NCBI GenBank assembly: GCA_010093705.1
Contig: MU006091.1
Coordinates: 310,001 to 374,000 of the forward strand
Reading direction: 5' to 3'
DNA from: Patellaria atrata CBS 101060
Taxonomy: Eukaryota
DNA: 64,000 bases
The translations under genes and the position numbers were made by a program. How positions within the stretch are numbered: position 1 is the stretch's first letter; each line of letters starts with the position of its first letter. This document shows positions 22,501-33,142 of this stretch, piece by piece. The notes under the pieces were generated by a model that did no database searches, was not told the origin of the DNA, and was given only the letters and a program-made list of their open reading frames with translations.

Positions 22501-23460
22501 GGATTTGGGGACGGTGCGCGAGAATACTGATGTTGATGGTGAAACGGTACAGGTGAAGGTATTGGTGAATATGCCTGATATTGCTGCGGAGGAGCAGGTG
22601 ATGGCGCCCGAGAGCGACTGTTGGAATTCATTCGTTGGGGTGGTAGAGGAGAAGTTGCTCTAAAGTTCATCCTCTCGTTTCGTAGAGGGAGGGGGGATGG
22701 TGCCCGAGAGCGGCTATTTGAATCATTTCGAAGTGGGGGTAAAGGAGAAGTTGACCTAAGGTTTATTCTTTCATTTCTTGGTGGAAGCGGAGAAGTTGCC
22801 CTGGGGTTCATGTTTTCCTTCCTTGGAGGAAGTGGAGAGGTTGCTCTAGGGTTTATGTTCTCGTTCCTTGGAGGGAGTGGAGACGATGCCCGTCCTTCAT
22901 TTGACGTCCGCTTCATTGAGGAATACGGCTTATGCTTGCTGAAACTGCCCAAATTCGGTGACCCACCCCCAGGGGAACCACTCTTTTGCTCCAATTCTCT
23001 CTTTGCAGCGGTAGGATTGGGCGCTCCCGCCTTATAGTATGCTTGAAATGGCTTCCTAAACGTACTCTTGGTCTTCTGCGGTGTTGGTTTCGCTGTCCCA
23101 GGATTTGGACTCACTCCTCTTGAGATGCTACCCCCGTTAGGTTTCGCAGCCAACGGGCTCACATTACGGCTCCAAGGTTGATAATCATCATCAAGAACTT
23201 TGACGAAGTTAGATGGAAACAATCCGATCATGCGCCTATCTCTCTTCAATCTTCCCATCCACCACGAACCGTCACCAGCATTGAGACATTCGATGAGGTC
23301 GCCTTCGATGAAGCCTAGATCCCGTTTCGTCTGATAGAAAATCAGTTAGTTGCTTGATTGAAAATATTGTGCTTTTCATCCCTACCTCTCCTCCCCATGA
23401 GTAGACAGCCTTGACCCAGCATGGGAAGCGCTGTGGGAGTGCTGGAGCAGGTGGAGGCAT
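19520..23460 (-). CDS. CYK3: Cytokinesis protein Cyk3 (SH3 + transglutaminase-like), 2 introns
   Basis: SH3: KAVYSWGGE / DLGFIEGDLIECLNAGDGSWW..GLFPSNFV. TGc-like: QRLRAIFTWVSE, VRGYLK, NHWWN, WRIMDCS. Last exon ends WCVFAEWECV*. Confidence 0.92.
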
Positions 23461-24012
23461 TTTCGCAGTATATTGCCCACTGAAGAGTGGCTATCTAGTA
23501 GTTGAGTAAGATGCAGTGTTGTTCGAATGCAATCATGGTATGTGATGGATCGTAGTCGATGGACTCGGCGCTCAAGAGCTCAGATTGCGTTAGTAGTGTG
23601 TTGTGCACTGCACAATTGTTGATTCTTCGTCAAACCAGAAGATAATCAATTATAATATGTGAGCTGACTTGAATATTTTCATCCGGTATCCAAGATAAAG
23701 CGAGGGTATGAATTGGAGACTGTGTATCGATAATAGTTAGCTGTGCTAATGCTGGTCTGGGATGATATTGTTAGTGTTTGGATGGCTTGGCGATCGAGTT
23801 TCCGGAGCAACGTTCAGCCTCAATAACACTACGTCAGTCTTAAGATCACAACTCTTATCGTTCCAGTTTCAGCCTTGCGAAAACCAAGTTCTTTATATTA
23901 GAAACTAAGCAATCATTCGAGGCACACCATTTTCATCACGATTTAAAACCTGAGATAAAGGGTATTAGAATGATCTACTTCATTATATCTAGGACTTCCA
24001 AATAGACATGTC

Positions 24013-25044
24013 TCAGTGATTTATAAGGTCGTGACACCCACTATCGTTGCAGTCCGGCACCTCAATATTCTCCTGTGCTAGTTGTCTCAAGGTGCTCCCT
24101 GTCCTCTCCATCCACCGCCAGTACTTGTGGTGTATAAAACTCTGCAAGTACGCGCTCTCCACGACGAAGTAGAGGATACACATCTTAATGATGCGAAGAG
24201 TTGTCTTCCTAGACAATTCTCCCAATAGAAAGTTCGAGAAGTGGTCCCTAATCTTATCAGAGAGATCTATGTAGAGAGACCGAACGGAAAAAATACGATG
24301 ATCTTCGGAAGATATGTATTCCGAGAAGCACTTCTTAAGGTCGCTCACATATCGGTGCTCTATGTACTTCTTACATGAAGTGCGTCCTTCGAACACCTTG
24401 CCCTCTTTAAAGGCCCGTCCAACTAGACGCTCGATGATACGTGACATATGTGGCCTCATCCACTTCTCGTATACCATTACGTACTGCCCCCTAGGAAGTT
24501 CTTCCCGCAAGCAAAACCTCGGGTTAACTTTCATGGCAAAGTACTCTCTGAGCTTGCCTTGAAGTGAATTCACAGGTACAGATAGCTGCATCGAGCGGAT
24601 AGGTCGGATGAAACACACTCTTCTGCACATCGGGCACTTGTTTACCATACCATTTTGAAAGATTGGCACAATACACTTGCTTCCGAAGTGATGACCGCAA
24701 GGTAGTCGCACTGGATACTCCGCAGGCATTTTCACACGAGCTATATTCGGGTTCCTACTCAAAGGAAGCTCCGCTAGCAATTTGAGCGTCGCGATGTCGC
24801 GCTCAACCTCTTCTCTCTCGCCGTAATCCGATAAACAGCACGCACAGCGGCGGTCGTTGGCATCGAGATCGTCTATATTGATAGACTTTATGAGGTGGTG
24901 GAAAAAGTGAGGGTAGCTCGGTAGCCTGGACGGCGTATTGTTCATACGGGTAATGGACATGTTCATACGGCTAATAGACATCTTCATGCCAGTAATAGAT
25001 ATGTTCATGCCGGTAATAGTCATGTTCATGCCGGTAGTAGACAT
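24013..25044 (-). CDS. RING-finger domain protein with N-terminal 7-aa repeats
   Basis: CACC...PVRLPCGHHFGSKCI...KCPMCR; intronless 343-aa ORF. Confidence 0.75.
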   Translation of the reverse strand: MSTTGMNMTITGMNISITGMKMSISRMNMSITRMNNTPSRLPSYPHFFHHLIKSINIDDLDANDRRCACCLSDYGEREEVERDIATLKLLAELPLSRNPNIARVKMPAEYPVRLPCGHHFGSKCIVPIFQNGMVNKCPMCRRVCFIRPIRSMQLSVPVNSLQGKLREYFAMKVNPRFCLREELPRGQYVMVYEKWMRPHMSRIIERLVGRAFKEGKVFEGRTSCKKYIEHRYVSDLKKCFSEYISSEDHRIFSVRSLYIDLSDKIRDHFSNFLLGELSRKTTLRIIKMCILYFVVESAYLQSFIHHKYWRWMERTGSTLRQLAQENIEVPDCNDSGCHDLINH

Positions 25045-26094
25045 GCTTAATATTTCGGAATATTCTGAAGTTCACCAATATGAAGTTTCTTGTGCGATTG
25101 TATAGAGGGACGTTACAGAAAACAATCCATTGGCATGAGCTACAATACTATTACATATGAAATTTATTGTATCCACATAATGACATTGTCTTGGGAAAGT
25201 TACTCTGAACATTTCATACAACTACCGTCTCCGCCTTTGAGAGTACACCTTAAACAACGCTATGTTGCGATGCGCGGACCGGTATGGAATATGACCTAGG
25301 ACGTGGTGTAAGCAGAAGATAGCCGAACGGTCTGTGGATATAGTAATTGGCCAACGTTCGTATGGGGAATGTCTAATAACCATGGCGTGCAAACTGTACG
25401 GTACTGAGAATAAAATCAGTCATGCGGAAGGATTAAAGACGAATAAGATATACGATCTCAGATGCTACACCATCCTTCATGAGGGCTATAAAAGTTTCAA
25501 TTCGGACTGTCTTCCGATAATTGAGAAAGAGATGATAACGATGAGGAGACAATGGTCTAATATTGAAGACGATAATAGCAGACTTGCTGTTCAGCGGAGG
25601 AGCGCTTACCTGGATAATAAGAGGTATATAGAGGAACTAGCTCTATAGCATGTGTGTATTGTAAGCGTACCGTGAAACTGTTTGGAAGTGCGCTTCTGCA
25701 GGTACAACACAAGCGCTTCCAAATCCAGATATTGCGACGAACTTCATAATTGCTTTGAGGTGGGTTCTGATACAGGATGATTTCTTACACACTTTGGGAG
25801 TATATAAATCAGAATGTAATGAACCGCTATACTGTAGTATAATATCGTCAAGTATGAGTGGGATTCAGCTGGGATCATTGTAGTAGGACGACAAGCTCAA
25901 GTCGCGCTGACGCGCCCAACCTACTAGACGCGTACGGTGTATTTTTTCTGATGTGAGCTCTCAATGTACTGTACAACAGCCTGATGTTTCTTGTTTTCGG
26001 ATATACGTCGTAGTTGAGGTGTTGATGTCATCACTTGAATCAACGATTGTTCGACCATCTCTTCAGTCGAGAGTACAGTAAGGGCAAGCGCTGG

Positions 26095-26206
26095 TATCCA
26101 AGGCGAATGATATCCAAGGCGAATGATATCCAAGGCGAATGATATCCAAGGCGAATGATATCCAAGGCGAATGATATCCAAGGCGAATGATATCCAAGGC
26201 GAATGA
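26095..26206. repeat. Perfect 16-bp tandem repeat x7
   Basis: (tatccaaggcgaatga)7 with no spacers. Confidence 0.95.
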
Positions 26207-26858
26207 TGATGGCTGTGAGAGAAGAATGAAGAGAATGATGTTCGAGTGTGAAAGAAATGGTGGATCGGGAGCCAATCCATAAATGATGAGCGAGTGCCTG
26301 AGGCAAAGCTTATGCAGACCCCTGTCAGTCGCGTAAATCACGTTGATGTTTACGGTTTGGTTAAATATTGCAGACACGCCATATCGCGGAGGCATCGCGC
26401 TATAACACGAACACTTCTCGACTCCTTCACCCTCTTCTTGTTCACCAACCTCGATCCTGCATCCTACCGCCCGCCAATATCTGCACTCTTCACACCGTCG
26501 AATCAGATTCTGCTACTACCCACATCGGCATTACACAGACCGTCGATCCAGTCCAAGTCTGCCGAATCCAATATACACCTCTAATCCCCCGCTCTCCTTT
26601 CCTCTCCTTCTTCAAGCTTGCTTCTCCAGCTTTCCTCGAAGTCCTTACCTTCAACTTATACGTTCACTCTCTCGATTCTTTTTCATGTGCTTTCACGAAC
26701 AGGTGTAAGTCACGAGAGAGCTGCATCGGGACCGGGGAAACTGCAGGACGAACTAAAACACGACCTAGTCGCGTATATAAGAGCTCTTCTCTCCAAATCT
26801 CTTGAGTCCCAAAAACCTACAACTAAATCTACAGTCGAACTCAATCACATCAAATACA

Positions 26859-28280
26859 ATGGCAACTCAATTCCCCGCTCGTCAGCCCTTCGGTAGTTTG
26901 GACAGCTCCCGCCTTCAGGCGCTCTCGAGCATCAAGAACAGGCAGAATGGTACGTGACCTGAGGATCGTATAGAACAAAGGCGGAGATGTAACTAACGAA
27001 TCTCATGATGCACAGCTCGCTCGGCACTTGAAAAATCTACTAAATCTTTCCCCTCCTTCGCTCCAGAGAAGCAGACTCTAGTATCGCCATTCAAGCGTAG
27101 ATACTCCCCAGACAACTACGGGGACTTGGATTCCGAGAACATCGACCCTTCAATCTTCAATTCCCCCACCAAACGTTCGAAGAACATTGACGGCACCCCG
27201 CTCAGGAAGTCGTCATTCATCCTCACAGACACACCAAAGTCCCAACCGAAACCTATTTCATCACTTACCAGTCGTCTCGAGGCCGCTTCTCAACGAAAGA
27301 CACTTTCATCTCCGCCGACATCAGTCCCAACGCCAATCTTTTCAAGCCGCGGATCACCAAAACACAAACGTGTTGGACTGCTCTCCAAACGCAAATCGGC
27401 AGGTGGATCTCCTTTCCGTCGTATTGATCCGCCATCCTTTATGCGTGGTACTACTAATGGTACAACTGGTCTTCCTTTCTCGATCGATGCGGCGCTTAGC
27501 GGTACTATCTCATCTTACACTCCAAAGTCTACACCTGTAGAGAAAGAAGTCAAGATTTTGGAAGACTCAATGCCCAAGGGCTGGTTCTTTGATATTCACG
27601 AGGATACACCTGAACAAGAAGCTACCAACATGATGGAACACTCCGCATTACAATTGGATATCAGCTCAGACGATGATTGTATAACGAAACGCAAGAACGA
27701 AGAACGAGAGCGGGGCAAGGAGAATATCCCTCCACCGGAATGGGTAGCTATGTCCAATCCATCAAGGTCCCCTCGTATGAACGCCGATCTTGTATCTTCC
27801 TCCGGTGATGCTCTACCTGAATCTAAGTCTCTCAAGCGTCGTCATTCTGATATCGATGCCATGGTTGAGGATCGTTCCCCCCTTGGTAATCTAAATACTG
27901 AAGACTTCTATCCTGAAGGTCTCGACGCTTCTTCCACTGTCATTGTTGACGGTGATAAGTCTACATCTGGTCTGTCACAAGAATCAAACTTCAACTTCGA
28001 GGTTCCTGCTGCTCTTAATCAAGGTGAATCGATCATTGATGTAACCGAGACTCTTGCTGCAGTTGATGAGCAAGTCCAATCCATCATCTCTGCTGTCGAA
28101 GTTCCTGTTGTTCAAGAAGAAATCAAGGATGATCTCATAGAGGAGATTCCTATCTGGACTGATGCCGATTCTACTCTCGAAACTGCTAAGGCGGAGGAGG
28201 TTGTCGTCAAGAGTGTGCTATCTGAAAAGGTCGATGCTATCATCGCTGTTGAGGTTGTCGAGGAGAACATGATCTTGTAA
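26859..28280 (+). CDS. ACM1: Acm1-like APC/C-Cdh1 pseudosubstrate inhibitor, 1 intron
   Basis: Exon 1 MATQFPARQPFGSLD; intron at about 26950-27015; ABBA/A-motif FDIHEDTPEQE, KEN box GKENIPP and D-box RSPLGNL in the Acm1 order; many SP/TP sites. Confidence 0.6.
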
Positions 28281-28984
28281 GGAGGGTTAGCTGTGTAGCT
28301 TTTCTTACGTCTAGGTGGTTTCATAGGTATCATCAGTGTCTGCTTGAGTGCTATATTCCCCCTTTCCTATCTTTCCTACCTCTCCTTGTCATCATTGGTC
28401 TAGCAGAGGGTTCGATATCAGTATCATGTTTCTTATATCTCCTTTCTTGCTAGGGTTTGTTTTGTGCTTGGGTATCCGGCTTTGTGTTTACCTCCCTCAG
28501 GTTAATCGGTTTATGTTTGCTGTCAGCGAGTTTGTCCTTCTTATCATTATCATTTCCTCCTTGCTTAGGTAATGCGGGCTTGTAACCGGTGTTTGGGTCT
28601 CTTGATACATGTCATTTACGGGTATACGAAGGGTTGGCGTTCTTGCAATGGGGTCCTTTAGTTGCTTGCAAATAAAAAAAGCTATTCAATACGATCGAAT
28701 TATTTCCGATATCACCGTCCACTGTGCCCTTCCATCGCGCCATATCTGCACATTCTCTAAATTTAACTATCTAAGCGGGTATCACAAACTAAAAAAACTA
28801 ACAACCCATCCAATCATCCAATCCATTCATCTCATCAAACACATAGCCGCCCTACCACCATCATCAAACGCTAAAGCTTCCCCAAGCTCTTCTCCACCAC
28901 CTCCCCCTTACATCAACCTCCCCAGCAACCTCCCCATCAACCTCCCCATCAACCTCTCCATCAACCTCTCCATCAGCCTCCTTC

Positions 28985-30666
28985 TCACCCATCTCCCCCG
29001 CGCCCCCCAAACATCTCCAAAATCCTCATCTCACTAACCCTCCTCAGCTCTGGCAGCACAGGCGCATCATCCACTCCCGTCCGCTCGCTCTTCCCATCGT
29101 TCGTCGTTTCTGCACCCGCCTGCACGTCCAGCTCCGTCACCAGATCCAACGACACCGCCGACTCCGAATCCGACCCCGAATCCGACCCCGCCGCCGCCGG
29201 CAAAGCCGGCAAACTTAACCCCGGCGGCGGGCCGGAGGGACTCCGTCCCCGCTGCTGCCGTTGGTGTAGTAGGGGCAGCCGTAGCGCGTCGAGGCCGCTG
29301 TGGACGCGGTAGGGATAGGGTGTGTAGGGGTACTGCTGCGTAAAGGAGTGCGGGTGAGGTAGTGTGTAGGAGAAAGCGGACGAAACGGACACCGAGCGCC
29401 TAAATAGCGGGTGCGTGTGCAGGGGTGGGGGTTTGATTGGGAGGATGGTGGAGATGCCTAACCCGAGACTGAGGGCGGATGGGAAGGGGGAGGAGGCGGA
29501 GGGCGTCGAGGGCGTGGGACAGGTTGTTTGGGTTTTGCCCGACGCGAGGGAGAGGGAGCGGGGGTGTGGGTGCTGGGCTTCGAAGGACGGTTTCCGATGA
29601 GGGGGGAACGCGGCGGTGGAGGGGACTCTGGATGTCATAGCCGGGGTTGCGGATGGTGTGCTCGACATGCTGAGGTGGGAGGGTCTGTGGTGGAAGAGGG
29701 AGGCTTCGAAGGGGCGGCGGATCAGGGTTAGGGTTGTGAAGAGGTAGAGGCTGGCGATTCTGTGAGAGACGTTAGTATGTCCTACCTAGCCGTCAATGGG
29801 GGAGGTAATGGTGATATGAAAAAGGAAATGGGGAAGGACATACAGACACAACACGCCCACCCCGGTGCCTACCCTCTCTACCACACATCTCTTCCCGTAC
29901 TTCCAGTTCTCTGCCGTTCCTGGATTCGCGAAACTACACACTGGCGCCCTAGCTGCGACGACTAAACCCCATCCCACTGTCAGGATCCAAAGCGCACATA
30001 GCCCAACTACGAGGCGGAGGGCTATGTAGCACGTGTTCCTCCTCTCTGGCTGTCGCTGGTGAGATAGGGGGAAGAGTGGTAGCGAGATGTGTGAGCGGGC
30101 GATGAGCATGTGCGTTGCGATGTATATGAGTGAGGCGAGGGACTGGGTTGATCAGTTAGTATCATGGTAGGCTAGGGTTGTACTGTCATGCGTACGGTTG
30201 TATCGGAAAGGGGAGTAGTCAGTCCAAAGTAAACGAAGTAGACTCAAATCTCTTGCTACCGTTTGTCTGTACTGTACGGATGTTTTAAGCATGGTTGGAT
30301 TGCTTGCCATAGAAATTTCCGTCCTGGTACAGCACAAAAATGGTAGCAAATGGTTTGAGTTTACTCTCATTACTTTAGACCGACTGCTCTCCTTTCTCAT
30401 ACAACTCTAGTATCGTCGCCCGGCTGTTTCAGGGAAGGGCGTAAGTGGTAACTTACCGAAACCAGCCCCAGAATCTGCGTGCTCAAAATGCTACCGTCGC
30501 TTCCACTAACCGCCAGGAGGTATATGCTGCTTATAAAAATGAACGACGAGCTCCAGAGTAGAATTTGCAAACAAATAGTTATGATCCTCAGTGTCCAGCG
30601 TCGTCGGTAGCGTATGGAGAGGGTTGATTTTGTGGATGTAGATGTGGAAGGCGTCGTTGAGGACAT
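28985..30666 (-). CDS. Hypothetical multi-pass membrane protein with Pro/Ser-rich tail, 2 introns
   Basis: Hydrophobic exons at about 30666-30457 and 30143-29842 joined by gtaagt/gtatgt donors, then a low-complexity exon to 28985. Confidence 0.55.
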
Positions 30667-31620
30667 CTTTTCTCTGATAGATAAGGAAGATTATATGGTT
30701 TGATGGAGCAAGAATTACATAGGGAGGTTCAATTGTTTCTTGAGGAAGAAGGATAAAGTAGAGAGTGACTGACGGAAGTGGGATTCATACTCCTAAAACG
30801 GCCTCTTTCCAGCCTCAGCATGTTAGAACAGTAGCTAGACGCAACGTAATGTGAGCGGCTGGTACATGAAGTGTAATGGGAGGCCGGAGAGACGCCCCAG
30901 CAGTCGCGTTGCTCCAGTGGTACTATAGTACTTGCATTAGTTACATTCCATATGAGGGGGGGGGGGGGGGGACCCTTAGGCACTGAGGAATGTTAGTCAT
31001 GACGTGAAGCGGTAGACCGTATTGATTCAAAGAGAAAACGTGTGATAGTTCCTCTATAGCTCTATTTTACAGTCTAACGGACCATGGTCAATCTGCTACA
31101 GCATATTCCGCTAATGACCTTCCTCGCTATTGCTCCTTTTTATGACAATTGCCCTTATCGTTCCAGAAAATGACACACTTACATAGCTAAGGTGAACGGC
31201 AAAGCTGCGTGTCTCTGTACGGTTGCTATACACTCATAGACTCCCAGCAAATGCCTATAGAAATAGGATCCTCAGCAGAGTGTAGAATAAACCGCAAGGT
31301 TTTGGAAATATTGGAAGTATAGTGGACTGAAAGTCCATCAATTCGTCCGTCTCTTCTTCACGTCCTTCTGCTCATTCTTCCACTAAATTCCAATGACCTT
31401 GGATTCATAAAGACGGTCTTTCCTACTATAGCAACCTAGACACACATACCCATACCATGGCGAGGTTGACATCCGAAGTATTGGCGGTTGGTGCAACAGA
31501 TTGTTTGAGAAAAAGTCCCTTTTGCTCAGAGTTGGACACTTGAGTGTACAAGATGTCGGGAGGGGGGCTGAGCGCATCGAAGTTTGCTACGCGATGGACG
31601 AATCGCACACCGTCATTCTC

Positions 31621-32008
31621 CTAGATGACCCACAACACTGACAACAGATCCTTTTGCTCACAGAAATGGACGAGATCGGTGGACGTCTTGTTGGGATACA
31701 AGATATCGGGATGAAAGCTGGACCGCTGGTCGCTGCTCCTTTGGTAATCGCTACTACTCCTCTCAGAAGGTACGGATCACTCTCCTGGGGACCGTAGGGA
31801 TCGGATTCTCTTGGGTGACCCAACCAAAAACCTCTAGATACGCATCCGCAGGGACGAGGCCGAGGTCAGGACACATGATGTTCAGGAACTCTTTCAGATC
31901 TATGTTAACTCTGCCAACCGAGTCGCGGATTTCCGAATAGGCCTTCGCGATGATAGCCCATTTGTTCTTCGTGGGGTCTGCATACAGGTAGGTAGCCTGT
32001 TCAAACAT
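31621..32008 (-). pseudogene. MAT1-1-1: Truncated MAT1-1-1 alpha-box (MATalpha_HMG) remnant
   Basis: ADPTKNKWAIIAKAYSEIRD..LKEFLNIMCPDLGLVP..YLEVFGW matches the C-terminal half of the alpha box. After stops and a frameshift it continues FHPDILYPNKTSTDLVHFC. The N-terminal half is absent. Confidence 0.8.
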
Positions 32009-32011
32009 CGT

Positions 32012-32853
32012 TCATAGTACCAAAACAAGAACTAGTAGAATGACAAGGACAAGAATGAGCAAACCGATGCAGCAGCTTGACATGGAATCTGGAGGTTGAA
32101 AAGTCAGTACGAGAGGACCTTAGACGGAAGTTAATTACTTACCCTCGTTCTTCTTGATAACCCAACCAACACTCTTAATACCAGTCTGTAGCTTCCCATC
32201 AACACGGTCCGCAAGAGCATCAACCTCTTCCAAGATCTCCCTTTGCTCCTCAAGTTCCCTACCCATGTCCGTAGCCTGATTCTTCAAATTGCCTACAGTC
32301 CGAAATACGCTATCAAGCGTCTCATCCTGCTCTTGCATGATCTGCATCTGCTGCTCTTGCTCAAATTGTACGTAATAATCCTCGTCTCCAAAGGAATCCG
32401 GATCAGGGAGCACGTCGCCGTTGATAACTGCTTTGCCCTTCTGTGCATCGTGAACTGTCTTCTGGAGTTCTTCTCTCATGTCTTCAATCTCGCCACCCAC
32501 TTCTTCGACAAGATGGCGTCGCCTCTCGACCTCGTCAATCTCCAAACCGTAGCGGTAAGGGTCATGTTCAACAGCCTTGACGGTCTCGATCAGATCGCGG
32601 AGATCGGAGCTAAGGTCTTGAAGGGTGGACTCAAGCTCGCTCCGCGCTTCTATGAGTTCTGGCGAGTTGGGGGATGTGGCCGAGGATCGGATCCGAAGAT
32701 ATGAGCTGAACAATGGGCGCGTGGTATTTAACAATGAGAGGACGTCACTAGATAATCGTGAGATTAGACAGGTACTCAGAAAGATATCACGAAGAGGTGT
32801 ACGCACGCTTGTACCTGGAGGAACGGATCCTCATCACCCGTTGAAGACATCAT
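32012..32853 (-). CDS. TLG1: Syntaxin-6/Tlg1 t-SNARE, 2 introns
   Basis: EDPFLQVQ / DVLSLL, DPYRYGL..EVERRR, SNARE coil QDETLDSV..MGRELEEQ, C-terminal TM SSCCIGLLILVLVILLVLVLVL*. Confidence 0.92.
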
Positions 32854-33142
32854 GGTCGCTATCTTACACTACAGCAATAGTCTTCAATTTGGTTGCTCAA
32901 AGTCGAGTGGATGGAGAAAGTAAAGTTGAAGGAAGCTGTCAGAGATGGACGTGCTTGATATCTGAGTTGGCTGGTCCGTGCGCTCGGTTCTCAATTCGGG
33001 CATTCGGCTCGTTTGCACTCGTCTGATAGTTATTGCATAAAAAGTCCAACGAGCAGTTCCGTTTGACGTCCGATATGATAGAGACCCGCGGTTGGTCTTA
33101 TAGTCTGGAGCCCGTTGCTTGAGTATGGCACACTATGAAGGC

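Noticed and set aside
26095..26206. CRISPR array
   Set aside because: The repeats are contiguous with no spacers, there are no cas genes, and the context is eukaryotic. The overlapping ORFs are repeat artefacts.
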